Assembly: GCA_951406725.2 (NCBI GenBank)
Contig: OX597820.1
Location: 54,312,001 to 54,376,000 of the forward strand
Reading direction: 5' to 3'
DNA from: Octopus vulgaris
Lineage: Eukaryota
Length of the DNA: 64,000 nucleotides
A program made the position numbers and the translations under genes. Of this stretch, positions 1 to 11,730 are shown one piece after another; position 1 is the stretch's first letter, and the number at the start of each line of letters is the position of its first letter. The notes beneath the pieces were generated by a model. That model did not search any database. It had not been told where the DNA came from and was given only the letters and a program-made list of their open reading frames with translations.

Positions 1-28
1 ATACGTATGTTATTATTTTGCATTTTGT

Positions 29-250
29 AAGGCGGCGAGTTGGCAGAAACGTTAGCACGCCGGGCGAAATGCGTAGCCGTATTTCGTCTGCCGTTACGTA
101 CTGAGTTCAAATTCCGCCTTGGTCGGCTTTGCCTTCCGTCCTTCCTGGGTGGATAAATTAAGTACCAATTGCGTACTAGGGTCGGTCTAATCAACTGGCA
201 CCCTCCCCCAAAATTTCGGGCATTGTACCTGGCGTAGAAAAGAATATTCT
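29..250 (+). mobile_element. tRNA-derived SINE, group A (ggcggcgagctggcagaaacg...); further copies ~2178-2320, 3625-4050, 24690-24922, 26875-27085, 27230-27650 (tandem), 43500-43685(-), 47445-47820(-)
   Basis: Pol III A/B-box-like head (tggcagaa; gagttcaaatt) and shared body gactttgcctttcatcctttcggggtcgataaattaagtaccag repeated through the window. Confidence 0.85.
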
Positions 251-354
251 TATAACTGAAGTGTTGCATGCACGTATACTTGTATATTAGTATTAGGTAA
301 ATGCTCACAAATAAGCTCTTCATAATATGATATTGCAGGGAGAATTTTTATCAC

Positions 355-790
355 AATGCCCACACAACACCATAACAACCACACAACATCGCACCAACCG
401 CACAACACTACAACAACCACACAACAGAACAGCAACCATAACAACTGCACAACACCACCACAACACTACAGCCACACAACACCACAATCACACAACACCA
501 CAACTATACAACACCACAACCATACAACACCGCAACCACACAACAACACAACCACACAACACCGCAACCACACAACGCCACAACCACACAACACCGCAAC
601 CTCACAACACCGCAACCACACAACAACACAACCACACAACACTACAACCACACAACACTACAACAATCACATAGCAGAACAGCAACCACACCACATCAAC
701 TTCACAACATTATAACCACCACGCAACACCACAGCAACAACTCAATGCCGCACCAACCACACAACAGCACAACAATAACCTAACACCGTA
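355..790. repeat. Degenerate CA-rich minisatellite (~15-16 bp unit, e.g. caaccacacaacaccg)
   Basis: Iterated accacacaacac/accgca units; source of the T/H/N-rich ORFs. Confidence 0.8.
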
Positions 791-964
791 GCAACCACAC
801 AACAGCATAGAAAATCACCAACACCAACACCACAATAAACATACAAAGAGTCCAGCAGCCACCAATGCTACAACATCCACCTACGTACCAAACCACCAAC
901 ACCCCACTAACCGCAATCATAGTCACCACTAATCTCGTGTACTTTTCTCATTTTCCTCTTCCAG

Positions 965-1159
965 TGCTCCTGTAAAAAGCAAACAGCCTTATCCACACCA
1001 CCACCATCACCATCATCATCACCACAGGAGTTCTGGAGCCAGCACACCATTCAGTGGTTCACCTCATGGCAGTACGACACCATTCTTTGGGATCAAATGC
1101 TGCAGCTACAGAACATTCCAGATATGTGTGCTTCTGCTGATCCTCTTTATAGCATTTTG
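965..1159 (+). CDS. MYRF: MYRF-like exon (first visible): APVKSKQPYP-H10-RSSG...CCSYRTFQICVLLLILFIAF, start of TM helix
   Basis: Acceptor ttttcctcttccag, donor tg|gtaaat; 195 nt, phase 2/2; hydrophobic end resembles the MYRF TM segment. Upstream exons (Ndt80 DBD, ICA) lie outside the window. Confidence 0.85.
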
Positions 1160-1167
1160 GTAAATAT

Positions 1168-1345
1168 TACTCTTTTAGTCTTTTACTTGTTTCAGTCATT
1201 TGTCTGTGGCCATGCTGGAGCACCGCCTTTAGTCGAGCAAATCGACCCCAGGAATTATTCTTTGTAAGCCTAGTACTTATTCTATCGTTCTCTTTTCCCG
1301 AACCGCTAAGTTACGGGGGACGTAAACACACCAGCATCGGTTGTC
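1168..1345 (-). mobile_element. SINE group B, 3' portion
   Basis: Reverse complement of the group-B tail (...gactgaaacaagtaaaaga). Confidence 0.85.
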
Positions 1346-1449
1346 CATCAATGTCAAACACAGACGTCAAACGTCTTATTCTAACGTCAATTTGACGTCA
1401 GTTAAGATCAGAAGCCACGGGAGCCACTGTCTGGTACTGCATCAGGGCA

Positions 1450-1491
<42 letters not shown>

Positions 1492-1505
1492 GCTGCTGCT
1501 GCTGC

Positions 1506-1565
<60 letters not shown>

Positions 1566-1597
1566 CATTATTGTTATTATTATTTTCCCGTTTACAG

Positions 1598-1672
1598 CAG
1601 TATTGTGACCATCTCCATCATGTACATCGTTCAGAACCAAAAAGTTCACAGTACGCACTTACAAAGCCATCT
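1598..1672 (+). CDS. MYRF: MYRF-like exon: CSIVTISIMYIVQNQKVHSTHLQSHL, end of TM helix
   Basis: Acceptor tttacag(cag) (NAGNAG), donor ct|gtaagt; phase 2/2; completes TM helix ...IAFCSIVTISIMYI. Confidence 0.87.
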
Positions 1673-1934
1673 GTAAGTAACCGTTATTCTTTATTTAAAA
1701 TGTCTGGCCTCCAAGACTACCAGATTTAGTTTCACTTACTTGGCTCAATTTTTTGTTTGTTATTCTGCACTGTTTGTGAATTATAAACAGTTATAATTCA
1801 TAGAAATCGGCTGGGGTTTCACTACCATTTATTTATTCTTAAAATATCAACTCCACCACGTTATCTATCGACACTCACATTATATATCTAAACAAGAAAA
1901 TAAATAAATCTTTCTTTTTTGATTAACGAATATA

Positions 1935-2151
1935 CAGTAACCCCTCGCCATATCGCGGTTCACCTATCGCGGTTTATCATTTAAGCTTACGTCGATTCCT
2001 CCGTGGTGCTGTTTTCCATTTATAATAAAATAAATATATAGAAATTATAAAAATAATTTTAAACATATACAGTACTGCTTCTACTTCACGGATTTTCACC
2101 TATCGCAGTGGGTTTTGGAACGTAACCCCCGCGACAGTCGAGGGATTACGG
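1935..2151. mobile_element. Tigger/pogo-like MITE
   Basis: Imperfect TIRs cagtaacccctcg / cgagggattacgg flanked by TA on both sides. Confidence 0.7.
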
Positions 2152-2419
2152 TACATCAATTAATGTTATTAATTAAGTCAGAGGTTGACTTTGCTTTTCA
2201 TCCTTTTGGGGTCGATAAAATAAGCACTAGTTGAGCCCTGGGTTCAATGTAATCGACTAGCCTCCTCTCCACCACCACCGCTGCCGCCAAAATTCTACGC
2301 TTTGTGCCTATAGTAGAAACTAAGTTACATCAGTTCGGTGTCAATAAATTTGGATACGTTCATATACAGTAAGCAAGGCCAGATTAAGGTTCACCGATGC
2401 CCTAATTACAATTACACTA

Positions 2420-2845
2420 GGCACATACATCACAACCATATGTGCGCAACATGGTGATCTCCTATCAAGGTAAACAGCGCATGATCATGTAGGGATGGCC
2501 CAGTAAGAATTTTCTTCAGGTCGAGTAGCCTATCTCATACAAAAGGTCCCTGAACAAGAGTTGTTTAAGGATGTTGAACGAAGCACCCGTGTTTCCAGAG
2601 GTGAATTATTCAAACCCCAAAGAATTCCTCTCAACTCACAGCTATGATGCTCCTCCGCTACTTCTGCTCGTGATCAGAGATGCACATATCGTCAGCCACT
2701 GGTTAAAGTCAAAAAGACTGATACGCAAATCTGTGGTATTGAGCAGAATATTTGATGTAACCCTTCTTTTATACCAAGACAAGACATGTACACTTCCAGT
2801 CAGTTAAGATCAGAACCCATGGAAGCCTGTTCCTAGTACTGCATT
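2420..2845 (-). mobile_element. Non-coding repeat associated with (TAA)n; homologous to 42937-43490(+) and 1395-1450(-)
   Basis: Reverse-complement match (e.g. gtgatcagagatgcacatatcgtcagccact); abuts a (TTA)n tract. Confidence 0.75.
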
Positions 2846-2856
2846 ATTATTGTTCA

Positions 2857-2900
<44 letters not shown>

Positions 2901-2954
2901 CGTTATTGTTATTATTATTGTTGTTGTTGTTATTGTTGTTGTTATTCATTTCAG

Positions 2955-3175
2955 TGAATGGAAAATGAGCAGTGACAACCAAATTAAATCTCCAAATACA
3001 ACAGTTAGTAAAAGCCGATCATCTCTAACGACACCGATACATAGAGTGACCAAACAAACAAGTACCTCCACGACGCCTAAATTACTGGACACAACAAAGT
3101 CATCATCGTCAACAACATCATCATCGTCGTCATCATCATCCTCATCATCATCGTCATCATCAAGGGAAAGATATA
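2955..3175 (+). CDS. MYRF: MYRF-like exon, Ser/Thr-rich luminal linker (EWKMSSDNQIK...poly-Ser...RERY)
   Basis: Acceptor tcatttcag, donor a|gtaagc; phase 2/1; same frame as ORF 2965..3324. Confidence 0.8.
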
Positions 3176-3324
3176 GTAAGCAAATATATTTTGTTTTTGC
3201 TTCAGTCTTCTTAATAACAAGTATCAAAGAACGCGCATTTGCAACATTATTTGTATTCGTGTTGATACAGATATCAAGCATATCCTCAGGATATGCTTAT
3301 GTAGTTTTATATATGATTGACTAA

Positions 3325-3448
3325 GATATGTTCGGTCCCACTGCGTGGCACTTTGGGCAAGTGTCTTCTACTATAGCCTCGGACCGACCAAAGCCTTGTG
3401 AGTGGATTTGGTAGACGGAAACTGAAAGAAACCCGTCGTATATATGTA

Positions 3449-3494
<46 letters not shown>

Positions 3495-3612
3495 TCCCCC
3501 CTCCCCCAACATCGCTTGACAACCGATGCTGGTGCGTTTACGTCCCTGTAACTTAGCGGTTCGGCAAAAGAGACCGATAGAATAAGTACTAGGTTTACAA
3601 AGAATAAGTCCT
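3325..3612 (+). mobile_element. tRNA-derived SINE group B with internal (TA)n/(TG)n; other copies 17195-17497(-), 28135-28600(-), 35425-35805(+), 39755-40145(-), 46660-47140(+), 48500-49085(-), 59125-59752(-)
   Basis: Shared motif gtggcaccttgggcaagtgtcttctactatagcctcgg...gacggaaactgaaagaagcccgtcg recurring many times. Confidence 0.88.
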
Positions 3613-5473
3613 TTCGGGGTCTTAAAATTAAGTACCAGTTACCGGGCGAAATTCTTAGCGGTATTTTGTCTGCCGTCACGTTCTGCGTTCAAATTCCGTC
3701 GAGGTCGACTTTGCCTTTCCTCCTTTAAGGGTCGATAAATTAAGTACCAGTTGCGTACAGGGTCGATCTAATCGACGGGTTCCCTCCCCAAAATGTCGGA
3801 CCTTGTGCCTCGAGTAGAAAAGAATATATGTGTGCGTGAAGGCAGCGAGCTGGCAGAATCGTTAGCACGCCGGATAATATGTTCAGCGGCATTTTGACCG
3901 TCTTTGCGTTCTCAGTTCAAATTCTGCCGAGGTCGACTTTGCCTTTCATTCTTTCGGGGTCGATAACATAAGTACCAGCTGAACACTGTGATCGATATAA
4001 TCGACTGTTCTCTCTCATCAAATTTTTGGTATTGTGCCTATGTAAGAAATCAATTTCATTTAATTTAATGATGCATTTTTAATTAGACGAGCTTGACTCA
4101 TTTTATCAAGTGACTCAATTAAAGGCAAAGTTTGAGAGGCATATCCACATATTTTCAGTAGACAGTATTACATTTGTTTTGTTTTTTTGTTATAAATATT
4201 ATTGAAGCCACTTGTTCACAACGATAGGTGGCTCGCAACATCAAAATGCTCGCCACACATTTTTTTCTCGTTGTGGCTACTTCAAAATTCCAATCTTTCT
4301 GTTTGTTTGTTTTTTTATAAACCTCGTGTACGTCCACAATTTTTCTATCTCGAGAAACCCTGCCATGTAGTATTGGTTTAAATTAAGGGAGATAATTCTA
4401 ACATCTCCTATAATGCAGAGTGTTTTCCCTTGTTTTCTGGCTTTACATTTCTAGTTTTTGTTCTTCACGTAAATACTGACACAACTCTGACTATGTGTGT
4501 TAGTAATCACTAACAGTAAAACGGAAATATACAATGAGGACATTAACCCAATGCTCGATCTAAGTCCGATAGGCTATTAAGACATTATCTTTTCTTGATA
4601 ATATGTTTGGTAGTATAGAAGAGCTCTTTCATATCAATACGTTTAATTGCATGTAGTTTTAAAAAATTAGTGTAGCTAAAGTGTTGGCCTGGGGGTACAG
4701 AAACAAGTGAATAGCCGCCATCGTCATCGTTGTTATTTCGTAGACCAAATTTACGATGAATGGTGTTTCAGTCTGATCATTCTAGTTTTACTTTCCACCG
4801 TAATATATCTCGAACTACTTTTAGCCAATGTATCCTTCATTTTCCCCTCTTTTTTAATACGGCATAGTATGATTTGAGGTCAAATTTGGCTTCTACTTGT
4901 AGTAGGTCGAACGAACACATAAATACTTGTGAGCTGTCCCGAAAAGAAAAAATGAAATTTCATATAGTGGAAATTGATTCCCTCCAATCAAACTTCATTT
5001 CCCTCAATACATTTACCTAGTTTTGCCCTGTCGTGGGTCCTTAATTCCCGATTGAGTTGTAGGGGCAACGCCATAACATAGGTGTGCAGGGCATTTAAAT
5101 CTGGCGAAGCCAATTCTATCTAAGGTTCGCTTCAGCTTACTGCTTCTTCTTATAATTATTAGAGGGAGAATTGGGGAGAAAGAGAAAGGCACATCGACCC
5201 CAATACCAGAATGGTGTCTTATTTATCAACTGTTACATTAATTATCAAAATGTAAAATTGACCTCGACAAGTATTGAACTCGGAAGACCGCGAGTTGCAA
5301 TGAATACTACGGTGTATTCTACCCAGCGCTTTAACGACTCAGCCAATCCATTGCCATCTCAGTACATTTCATCTCCTCAGAATGACAATATGTCATGTAC
5401 TGAGAACCAAATCAAGTACCATAATACGTTTATCGTAACTAATAAATAATTATTTTATATTATTTTCACTCAG

Positions 5474-5626
5474 CCTCCAAGAAGCCGACAAACAAACCTA
5501 CTCACAGATATATTGTGCCAGCTTACCCTCCCTGTAAGTCTGCAAACTGTGAAGAGTTCTGTTGCCCACCACCACTGGAGACTGAAGCACGGCAAGAAGA
5601 CAATAGGCAACAATACAACCCAAGCT
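5474..5626 (+). CDS. MYRF: MYRF-like exon with Cys motif PPCKSANCEEFCCPPP
   Basis: Acceptor ttttcactcag, donor t|gtaagt; phase 1/1; C-x4-C-x3-CC spacing as in the luminal linker of MYRF proteins. Confidence 0.87.
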
Positions 5627-6743
5627 GTAAGTAACTTCAAGCATTCGAGGATTATTTGATTTGAAACTAATAATAACAATGTGATATTTGTAAAGCATTA
5701 GACGGGTGACCTTTGGCCGATATCTGACGGCTTATTGATGATACATGACAAAGAGACTGACCTTACAATGACTTCTAATGACATTCTGTGTGATATTTGA
5801 ATGACCTTTTATGACACATTATGTCATTGTTAATAACATCTGATGATAAAATATATGACATTTGAGTGGCATTTAATAGCATGCGGTATGACCTTTTGAG
5901 TAATGTCACATGACACATGATCCACTGAACGCGACCGTTAATTAACATTTGATGTCACTCACTTCCATTCTGGTATCATCAATTTTGCTTGTTTACCTTC
6001 TCAAAAGAAGGTAAACGTTTGGCTAATTAGAACACGATCCAGAATCCGTGGTAACAGAAGATAATCTACGTCATCAAGAATTAAGCCAATAAGAGGACTT
6101 GTAGAAAGGTTCATAGAGTTCAGTTGCTGTAAGAGTGAATATCCTATCACAGTGGTCACCGCCTTTTCATTACAAATCACCACTTTTACTTAGGTGAATT
6201 TTTCCACAAGCTCCAGGCTTCCACAGGCTTCTCAATAAACTGACTTCATTAACAAACAACAAACTCGTTTTAGCCATTTTCATCTCTCATTCGAAAGATG
6301 CATGAAACTGAATAATTATATGTAGTTAAGCAATTATACATTATATCCTGCAGTTTTTTTTAACATTTTGAACACATCTCACAACCCTTAGTACAACATT
6401 TCCGGACTCCAGGTCAAGAACCATGCTCTAATATTTCAAACCATTCTCCTTCGTCTGGGTGAAAAATATATGGGAGTTGTTATAGTATATATTTGCCTTC
6501 AACCAATACGACATCACATTTTCTATCTATCTCAGACGAAAGACAACGCCATAAATTGTTAGGTTCTTGTTAGTTTCTTTAGTCTTCGTGGCAATTCAGT
6601 TTGAAAAATACTTCCAAGAACTCTCCTAATACGTTAGTTATTCAGATAATTACAAACCCGGTTAAACAATACTAATAGCTAATCTTACTGAGTAATCTGG
6701 ATAAACTGATAGTATGATTCTTAGAGTGATTTCAATTGTAATA

Positions 6744-7058
6744 TAGGGAGATGTACTCGCATAGCAAGTGATTTGATCTGAGATCGTGTGCTGAAACGAA
6801 AACAATTGCAGCGTGGAAGGTGTTGTTTGTAAGCCATTTAAGAAACACACAAAAGCTGTTTGATTCACTTCAACATTTAAGTTTAATTTGTCAAAATATT
6901 TTCGTCGCTAAAATCCGCGACCTGTTCACTGACATGCAGCACGGATTTTTGTCAGTGAACAGGTCGCGGATTTTAGCGACGAAAATATTTTGACAAATTA
7001 AACTTAAATGTTGAAGTGAATCGAACGGCTTTTGTGTGTTTCTTAAATGGCTTACAAA
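6744..7058. repeat. Foldback element, 109-bp arms (6826-6934 / 6950-7058), carrying an HHR-like motif; probable PLE pseudo-LTR remnant
   Basis: Arms are reverse complements with 2 mismatches; 15-nt loop. Confidence 0.8.
6948..6997 (+). ncRNA. Putative minimal type I hammerhead ribozyme, G3:C8 core variant
   Basis: tttgtca|GTGAACA|g gtcgc-ggatttta-gcgac|GAAA|atattt|tgacaaa. Confidence 0.5.
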
Positions 7059-7667
7059 TTGTAATATAAAATTTCATAAAGGTATATCTCATAATCTTCA
7101 ATGGTTAGTGGAGAAAAGATGCAAAAGGCAGGTATCAGGAAATAATCTTTGTGAAACTGTTGAGAAAGTTTAAGTTAAATGGTGAGAGAATCATATTTAG
7201 AAACAACAAATTCAGGTAGAGAGTAGAATATTAAGACAATGAAAAGATTACCTGACGTAAGATTTTGAAATTAAGGCTTCTTAGATATTAAGAACATGAC
7301 TGAAAACTTATATAGCTGAACAAAATTCATAAATTATGATTAGAGGAGAGGAAATTCAAAGCCATAAAATGTATTCGTATCAGAAAGTGTGGTTATTATT
7401 TATTTTGTAAGAGGAAATTATATAATTACTCCAGTTTTATATTACATATGATTTAGAAACTGAAAGTATTATTTTCATTGTAATACATTCACCAATATCA
7501 AGGTTAACATGGTAATCGTTGGATTCGAAGAAATATACGTTTATCGTTACTAATAAATATTTATTTTATATTATTTTCACTCAAAGAAATAAATCAAAGC
7601 ATCTTGGTTATTTTTGAGGAATTTGTAAGAGATTCTGGCTCACCTCACCTTTCTTGGTTATTAAATA

Positions 7668-8064
7668 CTAGCAGTATCGCCCGGCGTTGCTCGGGTTTGT
7701 AAGGGAAATAACTATATAAGCATTTTTAGAGAGTTATAGCCAAAAAATAGCAAAAAAATGCATTAAAAATTGAAAAAAAATTAAGGTAAATTTTTTTTAA
7801 ATCGTTGACACATCGTAGATATTTTTAGAGAGTTACTTCCCTTATATAAAAGCGAAAAAATGCATTAAAATGGAAAAATATGATGGTAAATTTTTTTTAA
7901 ATCGTAGACTCATCGTAGACGCACGCTAATACCCAGAAGGGCTCGATATGAATCACGACTATAAGATACCCGCTTTTGGTTAAACTGCACCGCAAAATGT
8001 GGGAGTAGTTAGGAATCTAAATCGTAGGAGACAGACACCACACAACTTCACTCTTATATAAAGA
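7668..8064 (-). mobile_element. Non-autonomous Helitron
   Basis: Minus strand begins TC, ends with hairpin cccgagcaacgccggg then CTAG, and sits between A and T; internal tandem duplication. Confidence 0.8.
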
Positions 8065-8415
8065 TGCTTTTTTTTTTTCAGTCATAGAGTTAGATTTATG
8101 AAGGTCTTCAGTAGAAAATCCTTCGAATTCTGACTCGCTGCTTGATATAATGAAATTCGTATCCATTTTTTGTCAGAATTACAAATTTTGAAAACACAAT
8201 AGGAACAAATTTCGGAAAAAAATCTCCCATAATTCACGGAATTAAAATTACACTTCGATTTTTGTACAAAACTGTAGTTGAAGTGTTTACGAAGTATAAT
8301 ACGTGTTTTCACGAATGTACTAAAGAGATTTGCTCTGATATTCTCATTTAAATATGAATAGGTAAATTCGGGCGGCTTGGTAACGAAAGGGTTAAACGGA
8401 TGCATAAATTTATTA

Positions 8416-9270
8416 ATCTCTTATTATAATAACTATATATAAGTGTCGTCTGTTTATACATAAACACTGTTTCATACTGCAATTATATATACATATATCT
8501 ATATATAATATTATATAATAAAATATATACAGAGTAAAATAAAAACCAATTTACCTTTTCTGTCCGTCCGTGTGTCTTTGCAAATGTGTTGGAATGATAA
8601 GTGAGTTGTGATTTGGCGCCTTTTTTACTAATAACAAACACACACGTGTTTGTATGTAGTTGTATGTAGTTGTATATGTATGTGTATGCGTGTGTGTGAG
8701 GAATGACACACACACACTCACGCACGCACTTATGTACATCAATGCTTTCGGAGTGATATGTTAAAATATTGAGTTTTCTCGAATTTTGTCTTAATTGGTG
8801 GTAAAATTGAAAGAAATTTTTTATGGCATCACCCACTGAAGTACTTTGAAAAATCTTAGGTAAATTCTAATTGAAGAAATTGTGTGAGGAGTAAATGGTT
8901 ATGTATTTATTTGTTTCTGTTTGCTGTATTTTTTTTATTTTTTGAGTAGTGGTTTAAATACTTTCAGTTTAGTCTTCCTCAAATCACTCTGTCGCTATTT
9001 ACTTTCATTTTATTCGTTGCACACTGTGTGTGTGCGTTTGCGTGTGGTGTAAACCAGACTAAGAAAAGCATTTGACACACACACCAGAATGTGAGTTTTC
9101 TGTAAATTTTGCTTAATTGGAGTTTAAATTTTAAAAACTGGACCTGGCATGACGCGATGCATTCTACTCTTAAAAATGCTAGGTAAATTGTAATTGAAGA
9201 AATCCTATATTGTAGATTTCTATAACTCCCAAAGGGAGGCAGATAAAATCTGCCTTTTATAATAAGAGAT
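8416..9270. mobile_element. Repeat bounded by inverted termini atctcttattataa / ttataataagagat with internal diverged direct repeats (8770-8880, 9092-9203)
   Basis: Termini and internal repeats seen directly; class uncertain (possibly Helitron-derived). Confidence 0.45.
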
Positions 9271-9646
9271 AATTGATATAATAATGAACTTGCTAATACA
9301 ATAACGAACCAGCATCCATTGTTTACTACAAAAATTACTAATTATATGAGACATTATTAGCATGAGTTAGACAGAAATGGAACTCAAGCCATACACACAG
9401 GGGGGCAAATAAAAACATCACATACATATACATATATACACACACGTTTGTGTGCACATATATACATATATATACTGTATTTTATACTATAAAATATGAT
9501 TCCCTATATTTCTTAGATATTCTAACGTGTGTGTGTGTGTGTGTGTGCGTGCCTATATGTATGTGTGTGTGTGCCTGTCTGTCTGTCTGTGTTGTTTTTA
9601 ACATATTTTTACATGTGTTTTTATTTCTCTAACTTCTCTTTGATAG

Positions 9647-9723
9647 ACAACTTCACTGGGATGCAATCACAAATCAATCGGCCATTAGCTGACGAACCAA
9701 TTCACGTTGTTATCCATCAACCG
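9647..9723 (+). CDS. MYRF: MYRF-like exon YNFTGMQSQINRPLADEPIHVVIHQP
   Basis: Long polypyrimidine tract plus tag acceptor, donor ccg|gtaata; supplies the phase 1 to 0 change needed between flanking exons; NFT sequon. Confidence 0.72.
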
Positions 9724-11189
9724 GTAATACATGAATTCATTATTCAAATACTTCTATTTTCTCACCGAAAAAATAGGGGCCAAAACTAGGGAGTAGAGTA
9801 GTATTGTATTAAATGTGAAAAACAAAGAGAGAAGAGGAGAAAATGAATTATTGAATCGTAGATACAGATAGTGGGGGGGGGTCTTTTTTTAGTAGTCGCT
9901 TTGTTTTCAAGTAAGTGCGAGTATTTCACTTCGAAATCAGTAACAATCAGAGCTAAATTGTTCTACATCAGAAATGCAATCCACAGGATCACAAAAAAAA
10001 AAACATACTACAAATCACTGACGTTGAACTTGAACTATAAATTTATACTTTACTTAGAAAATTAGATAAATATTAAACCGAAAGTGTATTTACTAAAAGC
10101 TAAAAGATATGTTGCAAGCAACAACTTTAAAAAATACTTGTATAAAACTGGAAAATACTTATGAAAACTTTTTTTCGAAATTAAAATATAATAGAAAAAC
10201 AGGATCAAATTACCGTTCCGAAGCATTCACAATATGAGGGACGAATCCCGTAAAATAAGCATGTCTCAAGATCGTAGGTACAATTCTTTTTTTTTTTTTT
10301 AATGAAAGAAAATAGCTCATTATAGACAACTATGCGTAGATATTTTTAGGAGTTATTTCCTATTAATATGAATAGACAAATCAACTTGGAAGTCTTTGGT
10401 TGTTTTAATCGGTAGAATTAACAACAAAATTTTTATATCATACCTTGCCTTCTTTGAAAAAAATTGAGGCCACATTTTGACAATGTAATCCTAGATGTAT
10501 AAACAGATGGGATTGTCATGGCTGTGATCTGCGGCAAAACAACACTGTGCTGATTTGGTGTTGCTTAACCCCAAATCAGTTCTGATCCAACCGACTTATG
10601 AACAAAGCGTTCCAACCATGACAGTCCCGCCATAAGTTCATATATTTACACAAACTTTCCAGCACTATGCTATCTAATATGTCCTTCCTTTTCAAGAGGG
10701 CATGATGTAGTTCGAAGAGAATTTGCTTGCATTTTATAGCATGTTGGGGTTACCAACCAAAAAGTGGCTCCCTTCTTAGCACATATTTATAATAATTTAA
10801 CTACGTCCTTTATTAGAAGTTTACAGTCAGCTCACTTAATCTTCTTTACAAGTCATTATTTGAGCTTCTTAAAAACACGACACTTAAGTCTACAGCAGTG
10901 TTCAATTTGTTATAAGTATACTGATGTGGCATGGTGTTAGATATAGTCCAGTGATATTGTCTTATAGAGTATAATTTGTCCAGCTAACATATTTTTCCAG
11001 AGAGACTGTCTAGGCCCAGATTAACTCTGATTGAACAGTTCTATGATCAAAAATTCAAATCATAAGCCATAATCCAGTGAATGAAGAGCAACGATATCCA
11101 ACACATCCTCACTTTGTTAAGTCAATAAAGTATGATATAAGTGAGACTTGCCTGATATTTCTAGAAGATTGAACAACCACATAAAAGCT

Positions 11190-11730
11190 TATATGTTGCG
11201 AACCCGGGATAAACTACCCCATGTGGGGTAAAAATGAAATTCTTGGGAGTAATGAGGACTCATTAGACATAAGTAAAATTATATTTTAAAAACACTTGCT
11301 CCTTGTTACGACAGAAATTTTTTTTTCTAGCATGAGGAGGCAATCAAAAAGTTGCTGCCTTTTGCAACAACCTACCTTTACAAACAAGCATTTTCCACTC
11401 CAATGAAGACGAAAACAAAGCAGTGTAATCGATTAGAACCTGAAGACTGTATCCAAATTGCTTTGGCATCAAAATGCCCCAATTTTGATATAATTGTAAA
11501 CAAAAATGGATCTTCATTTCTCCATAACCTGAAGTGAAAAAGTTTCTAGAAAACTCCTTCTATTTAATAATGAGGATATTAATTTATTTTATCGCATTTG
11601 TTTTATATTTGTTATATTTATAATTGTATTTTCTACATAAATAGATTCAAAGAATCTATGATTTTCTTCCTTTCAAATCAAGGGGTAACATATTTTGGAG
11701 TTAATGGTTAAAAAAGTTCCCCGCCCCCTG
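11190..11730 (+). mobile_element. hAT (Charlie/Buster-like) transposon remnant with C-terminal dimerisation-domain fragment
   Basis: ORF 11352 LPFATTYL..QAFS...KTK..NRL..ED matches the hAT C-terminus; ends ccccctg. Confidence 0.7.

Noticed and set aside
355-790. CRISPR-like or coding repeat
   Set aside because: No unique spacers, eukaryotic intron context, low-complexity minisatellite.
6008-6110. Possible MYRF exon after the pyrimidine tract at ~5985
   Set aside because: No convincing open frame; the 9647-9723 exon already gives the needed phase change.
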